Shown: piece after piece, positions 1 through 9,489 of the stretch
How the letters are laid out: each line of letters opens with the position of its first letter
Numbering within the stretch: the first letter of the stretch is position 1
Origin: Verrucomicrobiia bacterium
Lineage (GTDB): Bacteria; Verrucomicrobiota; Verrucomicrobiia; Palsa-1439
Reading direction: 5' to 3'
NCBI GenBank assembly: GCA_035577545.1
Contig: DATLVI010000009.1
Coordinates: 3,696-67,695 of the forward strand
Length of the DNA: 64,000 nucleotides
The notes under the pieces: generated by a model
What the model was told of the DNA's origin: nothing
Seen by the model: the letters and a program-made list of their open reading frames with translations, nothing else
Database searches by the model: none
Position numbers and translations under genes: made by a program

Positions 1-739
1 CTGCGGCCTCGGTGCAATCATCCGCGTAGGCATGGTTTAACCCATGATCGGACAAACGGCAGCCGTTCTCATGGAAGAAATCGAGCCGTTTTTGCAAGGC
101 CGCGAAAAAGCCGGACAGGTCGCTGCAATCGCCGAGCTTGTCCATCCAGGCGTTCCAGGACGCGGGCTGATCGACCGCCAGTGCCTTGTCGGGGCGAAAC
201 GCTGGATACACGTTGGCGGTCAGATGGCCGGACTTCCGAATCTGGCGGTGTTGTTCCAGTGAATCAGTTGGATCGTCCGTCGTGCAGACCACGGCGACGC
301 GGTTTGACTCGAGAATCCTGTGAACCGGGAGGGAAGCGAGCTTTGCGTTTGCTTCATCCCAGATTTCCTTGGCGGTCGTTTCGTTGAGCAATGTGTGGAT
401 GCCGAAAAACCGTTTCAGTTCAAGATGCGTCCAGTGGTAAAGCGGGTTGCGCAGTGTGTGGGGAACGGTGCGGGCATAGGCGAGGAATTTCTCCCAATCG
501 CTCGCGTCGCCCGTGCAGTATTTCTCCGGGACGCCATTGGAACGCATGGCGCGCCACTTGTAGTGGTCGCCCGCCAGCCAGATTTCATAAAGGTTCTGGA
601 ACGTCTTGTTTTCCGCGAGCTGGTCGGGCGGCAAATGGCAGTGATAATCGAAGATCGGCTCGTGTTGTGCATGCTCATGATACAACTCGCGGGCCACTTC
701 GTTTTGAAGGAGAAAATCCTCGGTGATGAACGGGGACAT
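1..739 (-). CDS. uxaC: Uronate (glucuronate/galacturonate) isomerase UxaC, N-terminal part. The gene starts at 739 and runs off the left window edge.
   Basis: The minus strand was translated manually from the ATG at 739-737. It gives MSPFITEDFLLQNEVARELYHEHAQHEPIFDYHCHLPPDQLAENKTFQNLYEIWLAGDHYKWRAMRSNGVPEKYCTGDASDWEKFLAYARTVPHTLRNPLYHWTHLELKRFFGI..., which matches the canonical UxaC N-terminus (EDFLL...PIxDYHCHL...GDHYKWRAMR). It is absent from the ORF track because it has no stop codon inside the window. Confidence 0.85.
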   Translation of the reverse strand, partial: MSPFITEDFLLQNEVARELYHEHAQHEPIFDYHCHLPPDQLAENKTFQNLYEIWLAGDHYKWRAMRSNGVPEKYCTGDASDWEKFLAYARTVPHTLRNPLYHWTHLELKRFFGIHTLLNETTAKEIWDEANAKLASLPVHRILESNRVAVVCTTDDPTDSLEQHRQIRKSGHLTANVYPAFRPDKALAVDQPASWNAWMDKLGDCSDLSGFFAALQKRLDFFHENGCRLSDHGLNHAYADDCTEAA

Positions 740-743
740 GGTC

Positions 744-1922
744 TCAGCCCTTGGTCAGCAGCGCGAGGTGTTTCGTGAGGTGACGATCGAGCAACTCCTC
801 ATGTAGGGCCGCGTGACGCTGCAGCTCTTCGATAATCCGTGGTTTCAAATTCGGGTCGGTCAGAACGGAACCGAAGGTAACATGTAGCAATTGCCTGCCT
901 GGTACCTCATCCAGGAACACGGCTTCCTCTTTCGGTCCGCTGAATTTCGGCAGTGCCGTGACTTGTGCGTCGGACGTCGAGATATGATAGCTGCGACGGT
1001 CGGTCGCGAAACGGCTGCGGCAAAACTCGACAATTTCGGCAAACAATTGTGGCACGGTTCGGGCCACGACGCGCAGGGCTTCGAGATAGCTTGTGCCGGC
1101 TGTTTTTACGTGGAGCAACTCGCCGCACACGCGCCCGACGATGGGGTAGGCCGCGAACTTGTCCGAGCCACTGTGAACGCTGATTTTGTAAGGGCCGCAA
1201 TGCTTCGCGATGGCGACGTGATCGCGCAGGGAAGCCTCGAATTTCTTCAGATCGCCCTTGTAGTCGATGCCCTTTTCAAAATCTCCGATGAACCGCGGTG
1301 CAACGCTGACAACATTGGGGACTTTGTGCCTTCGAAGTTCCAGTCCGATAAAGAGATGTTCCAGCGCGCTGGTCGGTTCATCCGTTTCATCCACGCTTAC
1401 CTCGATCTCAAACGGGCGCGAATCCATGACTTTGGCGATGTGACGGCCCATGACGCCGACGTGTTCCAGTGAGCCGCCGTATTTGACAGCGGCACCCTGC
1501 AATGTACGGCGGTCGAATTGCAGCATCCCCAAGGCAGGGACCTCGAACTTGCGACCCAGATATAAGCTCTCCAACTCGGAAGTCAGCGCACCTTTGCCGA
1601 CATGGGCAGAAGGGTCGATCGTGAAGAAACAGAAGCCCGCAGCTGCGGTGCGATCGACGTGCTCCGGCAATTTCAGATGGTCGGCGTCCGCGCCCCACGC
1701 GCTATTGCTGCCGAGCTCGTGAAGCGCTTCGGTTGCTGCCTTAATCACATCCTCCGGCTTCCGCCGGGTGCGTTCCATCTCACGGATGGATTGCTGCGCA
1801 AAAATCGGGGCGAAATCAAATTTACGGGCGGCTGCGAAATGCCCGGGCGTTGCCAATCCTAACCGATCACCGAAACCGAATGACTTCTTAAGACCCAGTG
1901 GAACAGGTAATGCTGTGTTCAT
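744..1922 (-). CDS. uxaE: Putative tagaturonate/fructuronate epimerase (UxaE family), 392 aa.
   Basis: The N-terminal SFGFGDRLGLATPGH motif and overall composition recall the UxaE family. It lies 4 bp upstream of uxaC on the same strand, consistent with an operon. The family assignment is from memory, not from a search. Confidence 0.55.
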   Translation of the reverse strand: MNTALPVPLGLKKSFGFGDRLGLATPGHFAAARKFDFAPIFAQQSIREMERTRRKPEDVIKAATEALHELGSNSAWGADADHLKLPEHVDRTAAAGFCFFTIDPSAHVGKGALTSELESLYLGRKFEVPALGMLQFDRRTLQGAAVKYGGSLEHVGVMGRHIAKVMDSRPFEIEVSVDETDEPTSALEHLFIGLELRRHKVPNVVSVAPRFIGDFEKGIDYKGDLKKFEASLRDHVAIAKHCGPYKISVHSGSDKFAAYPIVGRVCGELLHVKTAGTSYLEALRVVARTVPQLFAEIVEFCRSRFATDRRSYHISTSDAQVTALPKFSGPKEEAVFLDEVPGRQLLHVTFGSVLTDPNLKPRIIEELQRHAALHEELLDRHLTKHLALLTKG

Positions 1923-2034
1923 CGTAAATGGCAGTCAATTAAAGAGTACCGACAATGGTTGATATCTTACAACGCGGTGCTTTCCTCGCCAACAGGTTTC
2001 TGGTAGTATTTTGGAGCATTTTTGTGGAGACTAG

Positions 2035-2889
2035 ATGGCTGAATCCATGAGCACGCTGCCGAATGCGTTACATTTGCCCCCGCCGGGCCGCCCGCGCTGG
2101 GTGTGCGCGGAAAGTGCGCAGTTGGACCTACTCTACCTGGCTTGGGGGCATCGTGTTTACGGGCGCAACCCAATCCCCATGTCACGGCATCCGGGCTGGC
2201 ATTACGTGCTCGTCAGCCGGGGCAGCCCAACCCTGATACTGGAGCAGGAAGAAAGGGTCTTGAATCCGGGTGACTTCCTGGTGATTGATCCCGATTGTGC
2301 CAGCGGTTGGACGGATCGACCTGATGCGGTGTGTGACCTGCTCGTCTGGATCTGGCGTAGCGGTCCCCGATGTACGGAGTGCGTCGCGGCGCCAGGCACC
2401 TATCAACAGTGGACAATCGACCCGCGATTGCAGCACAAGCTGGAGCAACTCCACACGTTGTGTCGTCAGGAGGTGGAGCGGCCCGACGAACTGACGAAGC
2501 TGGCGATCGAACAGTTGCACATCGCGATTGATGTCACCGTTGCCCGGCTCATCCGTCCCAAGACGCAGCCCCCTGAACCATCCGTCCGGATGGAGCTGGC
2601 CGTTCGCTGGATGGCCCAGAACCTGGCGGAGCGGAACCCGGTCCGGGCTCTCTGTGAGTATCTGCAGATTTCCCCCGCCACGCTCGCCCGGATGTTTCAA
2701 ACTCATCATGGGGAATCGCCCGCGACGTATCATCAACGAATGAAGATGGCTCGGGCGCAAGAGCTGTTGGAGTCGAACCGCTTCTCGGTGAAGGAAATCG
2801 CCTACGCGCTGGGCTACAAGCACCCGAACGATTTCAGCCGGGCGTTCAAGCATTTTGTTGGCAAGAGCCCGAAGTCCGTCCAGTCATAG
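2035..2889 (+). CDS. AraC-family transcriptional regulator: N-terminal cupin-like sensor domain plus C-terminal AraC-type helix-turn-helix.
   Basis: The C-terminus (...RMFQTHHGESPATYHQRMKMARAQELL...KEIAYALGYKHPNDFSRAFKHFVGKSPKSVQS) is a typical AraC HTH. It is transcribed divergently from uxaE and upstream of exuT. Confidence 0.85.
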   Translation: MAESMSTLPNALHLPPPGRPRWVCAESAQLDLLYLAWGHRVYGRNPIPMSRHPGWHYVLVSRGSPTLILEQEERVLNPGDFLVIDPDCASGWTDRPDAVCDLLVWIWRSGPRCTECVAAPGTYQQWTIDPRLQHKLEQLHTLCRQEVERPDELTKLAIEQLHIAIDVTVARLIRPKTQPPEPSVRMELAVRWMAQNLAERNPVRALCEYLQISPATLARMFQTHHGESPATYHQRMKMARAQELLESNRFSVKEIAYALGYKHPNDFSRAFKHFVGKSPKSVQS

Positions 2890-3030
2890 TTCGCGCGACC
2901 AAGCATCTTCGCTTGTTGACGGATTGTGCGCGGCGCTTGACGGAATCCACCTTGACCGTGCTGGCGGCAATCCCTATCCTGTCAATCGCGGCTCGGTCAT
3001 ACAGCGATCACCAACAAGCCTTAAAAGCCC

Positions 3031-4635
3031 ATGATTGCCTCAGAAGCCCAAAGAACCGCCGGATCACGCAGTCAGAAGCCCGTGGGGCGTTATCGCTGGA
3101 CCATCTGTGCGCTGTTGTTCGCTGCGACGACCATTAACTACATGGATCGCAGTGTCCTCGGTGTGCTGGGTCCGACGCTGCAATACAAGGTTTTCAACTG
3201 GTCGGACAATGACTACGCCAGCATCAATATTGCTTTCAAAATCGCTTATGCGATCGGTATGTTGGTCATGGGTGCGATCATCGACAAACTTGGCACCCGG
3301 ATCGGGTACACGCTTTCGATTGCCATTTGGAGCATCTTCGGGATGTTGCACGCGGCGGTTCGCCCGGCCTTTGGTTTTGTCGGATTCTGCCTGGCCCGAT
3401 TTGGTCTCGGCTTTGGTGAGTCGGGTAATTTCCCTGCGGCCATCAAGACTGTCGGTGAATGGTTTCCCAAGAAGGAACGCGCCTTCGCCACGGGTATTTT
3501 TAATGCCGGTTCCAATGTCGGTGCGATTCTTGCGCCGTTGGTGATTCCGTTGGTGGTACTGCCGGACGGCACCAACTGGCAATTTGCCTTTCTCACCACC
3601 GGTGTGTTCAGCGCGGTGTGGGTCGTGCTTTGGCTGAAGTTTTACAAACGCCCGGAAGTACATCCGGATTTGTCCAAAGAGGAACTGGCTTACATCAACA
3701 GCGATTCGGTCGCCGAAACTTCCACCGGCAAAGTGTCGTGGTTGAAGGTCATTCCTCTCCGGGAAACGTGGGCATTCGCCGCCGTCAAAATGACGGATGC
3801 CGTGTGGTGGTTTTACCTGTTTTGGGGAGGGAAGTTTCTTTATGACAGGTTCGGGTTGAGCCTGAGTGGTCTCGCCGGCCCGATGATTACCATTTACGTC
3901 ATTGCGGATGGCGGAAGTGTCGCGGGCGGGTGGATGTCGTCCTTTTTCATCAAGAAGGGCTGGCCAGTGAACCGGGCACGTAAGACGACGCTCTTTATCT
4001 GCGCGCTGTTCATCCTGCCGGTGATGTTTGTGACGCAGATAGGCACACGGTTTGATATCAATGCGCGCTTTTTTGAGCGATTGCAGAACACCCCTTACAC
4101 CGTGGAACAGATCACTGTTGTGGATGGTAAGACAAGGAAGGAGAAGACCACGGAAACTGTGCCGGTGACGGCCGTTGCGGCCTTGCACACGCTGGATGGG
4201 AAGAGCTTTAACTCGGCGAAGGAGTTCTTTGCTGCCGTGGCCGGCGTTCTCGGCAAGGAACAGTATAAGAGCATGGAGCCCGCGCTAATGAAGAGCGCCC
4301 GTTCGGATAATTTTTATTGGATTTCCGTTCTGCTGATCGCCCTTGCTGCGGCTGGTCACCAGGCGTGGTCGGCCAACGTGTTTACTCTTGTCTCGGATGT
4401 ATTCCCAAAAAAGGCCACGGCATCCGTCACCGGTATTGGCGGCATGGTGGGGGCTGTGGCGGGCATCGTGGCGGATCGCAGCTTGGGCAAGGTGCTTACG
4501 TCGAGCGGTCCTTCCGGTTATTTCTTCGCCTTTTTGGTCGCCGGCTCGTGTTATCTCATCCTGCTGGGAGTGGCGCACGTGCTGATGCCGAAGATGACAC
4601 CGCTCGACGAGAACCTGCGGCGCGTCGCAGCATGA
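3031..4635 (+). CDS. exuT: MFS hexuronate transporter (ExuT-like), 534 aa, with an ~80-aa insertion loop.
   Basis: YRWTICALLFAATTINYMDRSVLGVLGP... and ...TVGEWFPKKERAFATGIFNAGSNVGAILAP match ExuT/ACS-family MFS signatures. A long hydrophilic insert (DINARFFERLQNTPYTVEQITVVDGKTRKEKTTETV...) sits between C-terminal transmembrane helices. Confidence 0.8.
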   Translation: MIASEAQRTAGSRSQKPVGRYRWTICALLFAATTINYMDRSVLGVLGPTLQYKVFNWSDNDYASINIAFKIAYAIGMLVMGAIIDKLGTRIGYTLSIAIWSIFGMLHAAVRPAFGFVGFCLARFGLGFGESGNFPAAIKTVGEWFPKKERAFATGIFNAGSNVGAILAPLVIPLVVLPDGTNWQFAFLTTGVFSAVWVVLWLKFYKRPEVHPDLSKEELAYINSDSVAETSTGKVSWLKVIPLRETWAFAAVKMTDAVWWFYLFWGGKFLYDRFGLSLSGLAGPMITIYVIADGGSVAGGWMSSFFIKKGWPVNRARKTTLFICALFILPVMFVTQIGTRFDINARFFERLQNTPYTVEQITVVDGKTRKEKTTETVPVTAVAALHTLDGKSFNSAKEFFAAVAGVLGKEQYKSMEPALMKSARSDNFYWISVLLIALAAAGHQAWSANVFTLVSDVFPKKATASVTGIGGMVGAVAGIVADRSLGKVLTSSGPSGYFFAFLVAGSCYLILLGVAHVLMPKMTPLDENLRRVAA

Positions 4636-4641
4636 GCCGCC

Positions 4642-5409
4642 CTAACGCCCCATCCAACCGCCGTCCACCGTGAGGATCGTCCCGTTGACATAGTCTGAGG
4701 CGCGGGACGCCAGAAAAACCACTGCACCCTGCAAGTCTTCGGGACGCCCCCAGCGCCCAACGGGAATCCGATCGAGGATCGCCTTTGATCGCACAGGGTC
4801 GGCCTGGAGGGCCGCAGTGTTGTCGGTTTCGATGTAACCCGGCGCAATCGCGTTGACGTTCACGCCCTTGCCAGCCCATTCGTTGGACAGTGCCATTGTC
4901 AATTGCGAGATCCCACCCTTGCTCGCGGCGTAGCCGGGGATGGTGATGCCACCCTGAAACGACAATAACGAGGCGGTGAAAATGATTTTCCCGCGTCCGC
5001 GCGCGAGCATTGGCTTGCCCAGTTCCCGGGCGAGGATGAATTGGGCGGAAAGATTCACTTCAATTACCTTGTCCCAATCTTCGTCGGAATGCTGGGCCGC
5101 CGGCGCGCGGCGAATCGTGCCGGCATTGTTGACCAGAATGTCAATCGGCGCATTCTCGACGATAACTCGGCGGACGAATTCGTAGAGCGACTCTCGATCG
5201 CCAAAGTCGCAACTGTACGCGGAGAATTTGCGTCCCAACGCGGTCACGCATTGCGCGACTTCTTCGCCGCTATCCTTGAGCGACGCACTCACGCCAATGA
5301 TGTCGGCCCCGGCAGCAGCTAGCGCTTCTGCAAAGGCCAGACCGATGCCACGACGGCAGCCGGTCACCAGCGCGGTCTGCCCGTCGAGTCGGAAGGGGTC
5401 CGGGATCAT
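4642..5409 (-). CDS. kduD: 2-dehydro-3-deoxy-D-gluconate 5-dehydrogenase (SDR family).
   Basis: True start is MIPDPFRLDGQTALVTGCRRGIGLAFA... The ATG at 5409 overlaps the kduI stop in an ATGA. TGxxxGIG Rossmann motif, YxASK catalytic motif and NAIAPGYIET all match KduD. The ORF track's upstream extension to 5589 is rejected. Confidence 0.85.
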   Translation of the reverse strand: MIPDPFRLDGQTALVTGCRRGIGLAFAEALAAAGADIIGVSASLKDSGEEVAQCVTALGRKFSAYSCDFGDRESLYEFVRRVIVENAPIDILVNNAGTIRRAPAAQHSDEDWDKVIEVNLSAQFILARELGKPMLARGRGKIIFTASLLSFQGGITIPGYAASKGGISQLTMALSNEWAGKGVNVNAIAPGYIETDNTAALQADPVRSKAILDRIPVGRWGRPEDLQGAVVFLASRASDYVNGTILTVDGGWMGR

Positions 5410-6236
5410 CGCAAATCCTTCACGGCGATCTGGTCCATGTCGGTGAACTCCTGGTTCTCCCCGCCCATGGCCCACACAAAGCCGTAGTTTCGCGTTCCCG
5501 CGCCGCAGTGGATGGACCACGGCGGCGATAGCACGGCCTCGCCATTGTGCACCACCAGGTGACGCGTTTCCTGTGCGGTGCCCATGCAATGAAATACGGC
5601 GGCGTCCGGGGCGACGTCAATGTACAAGTAAACTTCCGACCGCCGGGCGTGTGTATGCGGCGGCATCGTGTTCCAGATGCTGCCTTCCTTGAGAATCGTG
5701 AAACCCATCACCAACTGACAACTCGTGATTCCCTTGGTGTGAATGTATTTGAGGATCGTCCGTTGGTTGGCATCCCGTTGTGAGCCAAGTTCCACGGGTT
5801 CCGCGTCGGCTTCGGTTGCCAGCCGCGTCGGGTGAGACGTGTGCGCCGGGTAACTGATGAGGTAAAACCAGGCCGAGTCCTTCGGATCCGCGCTGCTGAA
5901 ATCAATCTTCTGGCTTCCGCGTCCGATATACAGGCAGGAACGCTTCGGCAGCGCGAATTCTTTGCCATCGACGGTGATTGTGCCCTTGCCGCCGAGGTTG
6001 AGCACGCCAATCTCGCGCCGCTCGGTAAAGTAGGTCGCCGCCAATTCCTTGGAGGCTTCAAGCGCGAGCTTTTGCGTCGTAGGGACAATCCCGCCGACAA
6101 TCGCCCGGTCCACGTCGGTGTAGACCAGTTGCACCGTTCCCGGTTGAAACAGATTCTCAACGAGGTAGTTGGCGCGCAGTTCGGCGGTCGTCATCCGCAT
6201 CATCCGCGTCGCATCGGCAACAGTTCTGGTTTGCAT
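5406..6236 (-). CDS. kduI: 5-dehydro-4-deoxy-D-glucuronate (4-deoxy-L-threo-5-hexosulose-uronate) ketol-isomerase.
   Basis: Near full-length colinear similarity to KduI: LVENLFQPG...DRAIVGGIVP...RREIGVLNLGG.GTITVDG...WNTMPPHTHARRSEVYLY...HCMGTAQETRHLVVHN.EAVLSPPWSIHCGAGT..YGFVWAMGGENQEFTDMDQIAVKDLR. Confidence 0.9.
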   Translation of the reverse strand: MQTRTVADATRMMRMTTAELRANYLVENLFQPGTVQLVYTDVDRAIVGGIVPTTQKLALEASKELAATYFTERREIGVLNLGGKGTITVDGKEFALPKRSCLYIGRGSQKIDFSSADPKDSAWFYLISYPAHTSHPTRLATEADAEPVELGSQRDANQRTILKYIHTKGITSCQLVMGFTILKEGSIWNTMPPHTHARRSEVYLYIDVAPDAAVFHCMGTAQETRHLVVHNGEAVLSPPWSIHCGAGTRNYGFVWAMGGENQEFTDMDQIAVKDLR

Positions 6237-6297
6237 GGCAGTCCTTTTTTAAGACTCACGAGGCTATCAGGTTCGTGTTCCCATCGCAATACGAGGC

Positions 6298-7506
6298 TCA
6301 GGGGACCGGCGTTGGTGTGGCGATGTTCAGGGGCGGTTCGGGGCCGGGTGGCCAGGCGAAATGGTAAACCTCGCTGCCGGCCAGCAAGAACGCACCGACG
6401 CCATACACTTCGGTATTGGTTGCGCTTAATGACGCCGCGTTGGCTCCGATTGGTTGTACAAATCCAAGTCGACCGCTGGCATCGACGCAGCGCACGAGCC
6501 CTTGCCAGGCTTTGCGGATTGCCGGTTCGTAGTCCGCTCGAGTCAACAGTTTTTGGTTCACTCCCCAGGCCAGCGCGTACAGAATGAAGCCGCTCCCGCT
6601 GCTCTCCGGTGCGGGAAAACTGCCTGGGTCCAGGAGGCTTGCGCGCCAGAGGCCGTCTTCACCTTGGAGATCCACGAGGCGCGCCGCCATTTCCCTGAGC
6701 TGGGCAACATATCGCTGGCGGCCGGAATAATCGGCGGGCATGTATTGCAGCACGCGCACCAGCCCGCCCATCACCCAGCCATTTCCCCGCGACCAGAAGA
6801 TCTTTTTGCCATTGGCTTCGCGTTTCGTCAGGAAACGATCGTCGCGGTAATAGAGATGTTCCTGGTTGTCGTAGAGATGGTCGGAGGTCCGCCACCAGCG
6901 ATCATTCATAAAATCCATGTATTTCCTGTCTCCGGTGGCTGCGGAAAGCCGCGCCCACATGGGTGGTGACATGAACAGCGCGTCGCACCAAACCCACTTT
7001 TCCTGTGCGTGGGGCTTGGTAAAATCCAAATCGTTTTCATCCGGGGGCGGTGCTGCCATGATTTGGTCACAACGTTGTTTGGCCGGCTCGAGCATCTGGA
7101 AATCGTGATGTTGCAGGAAGAGTTCGAGATACGTCTGCAACACACAGTGATTGTCCGCGTGGTAGACAAGATTGGTAGAGGGCCTCCAATCGTTTTTCCG
7201 TCCCATCTCCATCATTGCGTCGTGATACCGGGAATCGTTGGTGGAGACCGACGCCAGCGCCATCATGCCGGCGTAGTATGCGCCCTGTGTCCAGTCCGTC
7301 GCGCGATGCGCACTTGGGTTGGCCAGTTGCCAGTCGGCAACCCGTTTCATGGTTGTCAGCACCGCTTTCTGGGTGATCTCACTCGGGATCGTCACAGTGG
7401 GCGAAGCCCTGTTCGTGGAGACGGATTCACTGCCCTGGGTTTCGACAACCGGCATCGATGCAGCGGCGAGGATGGCTGTTATCAAGCAGCGGGACGCAAA
7501 ATGCAT
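6298..7506 (-). CDS. GH105 unsaturated rhamnogalacturonyl hydrolase (YteR/YesR-like), secreted.
   Basis: Start chosen at MHFASRCLITAILAAASMPV (signal peptide). Motifs DWTQGAYYAG, DNQEHLYYRDDRF, WSRGNGWVMGGL and FVQPIGANAA are typical of GH105. The ORF track's extension to 7998 lacks a plausible N-terminus. Confidence 0.85.
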   Translation of the reverse strand: MHFASRCLITAILAAASMPVVETQGSESVSTNRASPTVTIPSEITQKAVLTTMKRVADWQLANPSAHRATDWTQGAYYAGMMALASVSTNDSRYHDAMMEMGRKNDWRPSTNLVYHADNHCVLQTYLELFLQHHDFQMLEPAKQRCDQIMAAPPPDENDLDFTKPHAQEKWVWCDALFMSPPMWARLSAATGDRKYMDFMNDRWWRTSDHLYDNQEHLYYRDDRFLTKREANGKKIFWSRGNGWVMGGLVRVLQYMPADYSGRQRYVAQLREMAARLVDLQGEDGLWRASLLDPGSFPAPESSGSGFILYALAWGVNQKLLTRADYEPAIRKAWQGLVRCVDASGRLGFVQPIGANAASLSATNTEVYGVGAFLLAGSEVYHFAWPPGPEPPLNIATPTPVP

Positions 7507-7587
7507 CCGGCCAGTTTCCCATTTTCGGGCACAGGGCGCAAGTATCGGATGGTCACAGCTGGTAAGTTGCGCTACGCTTCCGGGCCG

Positions 7588-9489
7588 ATGAAGGTGACCC
7601 GCGCCGCGCTTTTGGGAGTGGCCTTGGCAATATTTGCGAGCGCGCTCTGGCTGCATTGGCCGTCCGTGAACGGCGGGTTCCTGACGCGGATGGACGATGA
7701 CGAATACCTGCGACAGTCTGTGCGTTGGCAGGGGTTGAGCTGGGGCGCGGTCCGCTGGGCGTTTACGAGCACGGAGCCGTATTATCAACCACTGCCGCGC
7801 CTCTCGCATGTCCTCGACTATCAGCTCTGGGGAACGAACGCGCAGGGACACCACGCAACCAGCGTCGTGAACCATGCGCTCAATGCCGCGATCGTGTTCG
7901 GTTTTCTCAGGACAATACTCGGCGTCGTGGCGGGCTCGCTGACGATGCGCGAGCGGTTGGCGCTGGCAATCGGTGTGGCAGTGGTGTTCGCGATTCATCC
8001 GCTGCAGGTTGAATCGGTTGCGTGGATGTCAGGGCGGACGCAGCTATTGTGCACGACATTCGGGATCGGCAGTCTCTGGGCATACGTCGCCGGTACGCGA
8101 CGTTGGTTGGTCTGGGCGATGTTCATTGCGGCGTTACTCTGCAAACCGCTGGCCGTGTCGTTACCTTTCGCGATGCTGGCGCTAGATTACCTTTTGGCGC
8201 GACGGGACGGGGAACCGAAATGGGGACGGTTGTTGCGACGGAACGCGGGCCTGATCGCGGTAGGCGTGGCGGCAGCGGTGACGACGATCATCACAGAATC
8301 TCGTACCGGCGGCCTGCTCGTGCCCCTGGAGACGATCCGGCCGTCGCAACGCATGCTCCTGATGGCACAGAGCCTGGTGTTCTACCCATGCAAACTGGCC
8401 TGGCCGACACAGCTGTCGCCTTACTATCCGCGGCCAGTGAACATTTCAATGTTCCAACCATTCGCCTTCGCGTCGGTGCTGGGTGTGACGGTCATCACGG
8501 CGTTGTGCATTTGGCGCGGACGCCGCGCACCGGCGCTGATGGCAGGGTGGGGGACGTATGTGCTGTTCGTACTGCCGGTGTCGGGGTTGACGCCGACGGG
8601 TGGACAGGCCGTGGCGGACCGGTACGCTTACCTGGCCATGCTGCCCTTGCTCGTCTTGGCGGGCGGTGCGGTGGTGTGGTTGTGGAGGCGCAGTCCGATG
8701 ATTGGGCGATGCGGGCTGGTTTGTTTGTTGGTGGGTGAACTATTTTTCTTTGGAATGCGCACGCGGGCGCAGACACTGGTCTGGCGCAATGACGAGACGC
8801 TGTGGCGCGGTGTGCTGGCGCAGTTCCCGAATTCCGATTTGGCCAATGAGATGCTGGCGCAGGCGTTGTTGAATGAGAATCGGATTCCCGAAGCGCTCGT
8901 ACATGCGCAACACGCCGTAGAAGTTGCACCGTCCGCCGAAACGCACAGGAACCTGGGGATCGCGCTGACGCAAGCCGGCGAGATTCAAGAGGCCACTGAT
9001 GAATTCAATCTGGCGCTGCAGCTCAAGCCCGATATGGCCGACGCGCACTGTCGTCTGGGGGTCTTCTTACAGCGTGAAGGTAAGTACGAGGAGGCAATCA
9101 GACATTACGAACAGGCGTTGCAAACGGACCCCGATTACGCCGACGCCCATTACAATTTAGGAACCGCACTCGTACGACTGGATCGCATGACAGAGGCGAT
9201 GGAGCAGTGGGAGGAAGCCTTACGCATCGATCCGGATTACGCCGAGGCGCACGCTAATCTCGGGGTTGCTCTGGAGCAAGCTGGCAAGCTGGAGGACGCG
9301 GTTGCGCATTACGAGCAGGCGCTGCGAGTCAGGCCCGACCTGGCCGCAGTGCATTACGATCTCGGAAATGTCCTGGCTCGGCTGGGCCGGATGCCGGCAG
9401 CGATCCAGCAGTATGGCGAGGCATTACGGCTCAACCCTGATTATACCGAGGCACGGAATGCGCTGGTACGACTACATACGGTGCAGTAG
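7588..9489 (+). CDS. Multi-pass membrane protein with C-terminal TPR repeats (TMTC-like; putative GT-C fold protein glycosyltransferase).
   Basis: Start chosen at MKVTRAALLGVALAIFASALW (first transmembrane helix). An acidic FLTRMDDDEY loop follows TM1, then about 10 hydrophobic helices, then repeated TPR units (...EAIRHYEQALQTDPDYADAHYNLG...). It is a paralog of the next gene. Confidence 0.65.
   Translation: MKVTRAALLGVALAIFASALWLHWPSVNGGFLTRMDDDEYLRQSVRWQGLSWGAVRWAFTSTEPYYQPLPRLSHVLDYQLWGTNAQGHHATSVVNHALNAAIVFGFLRTILGVVAGSLTMRERLALAIGVAVVFAIHPLQVESVAWMSGRTQLLCTTFGIGSLWAYVAGTRRWLVWAMFIAALLCKPLAVSLPFAMLALDYLLARRDGEPKWGRLLRRNAGLIAVGVAAAVTTIITESRTGGLLVPLETIRPSQRMLLMAQSLVFYPCKLAWPTQLSPYYPRPVNISMFQPFAFASVLGVTVITALCIWRGRRAPALMAGWGTYVLFVLPVSGLTPTGGQAVADRYAYLAMLPLLVLAGGAVVWLWRRSPMIGRCGLVCLLVGELFFFGMRTRAQTLVWRNDETLWRGVLAQFPNSDLANEMLAQALLNENRIPEALVHAQHAVEVAPSAETHRNLGIALTQAGEIQEATDEFNLALQLKPDMADAHCRLGVFLQREGKYEEAIRHYEQALQTDPDYADAHYNLGTALVRLDRMTEAMEQWEEALRIDPDYAEAHANLGVALEQAGKLEDAVAHYEQALRVRPDLAAVHYDLGNVLARLGRMPAAIQQYGEALRLNPDYTEARNALVRLHTVQ

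Noticed and set aside
320-778. 152-aa plus-strand ORF and neighbours (44-262, 181-387, 391-726).
   Set aside because: Manual translation of the opposite strand gives a textbook UxaC N-terminus. These ORFs are its shadows.
3064-4188. 374-aa minus-strand ORF.
   Set aside because: Antisense to the ExuT-like MFS transporter, with no membrane-protein character of its own.
5409-5589. Upstream extension of the kduD ORF (track start 5589).
   Set aside because: The extension overlaps the kduI coding region. Homology to KduD begins at MIPDPF (5409), with a classic ATGA overlap.
7009-7587. 5' extension of the 826-aa ORF (track start 7009).
   Set aside because: The extension overlaps the GH105 gene on the opposite strand and has no signal peptide or transmembrane character. 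MKVTRAALLGVALAIF at 7588 is the first plausible transmembrane N-terminus.
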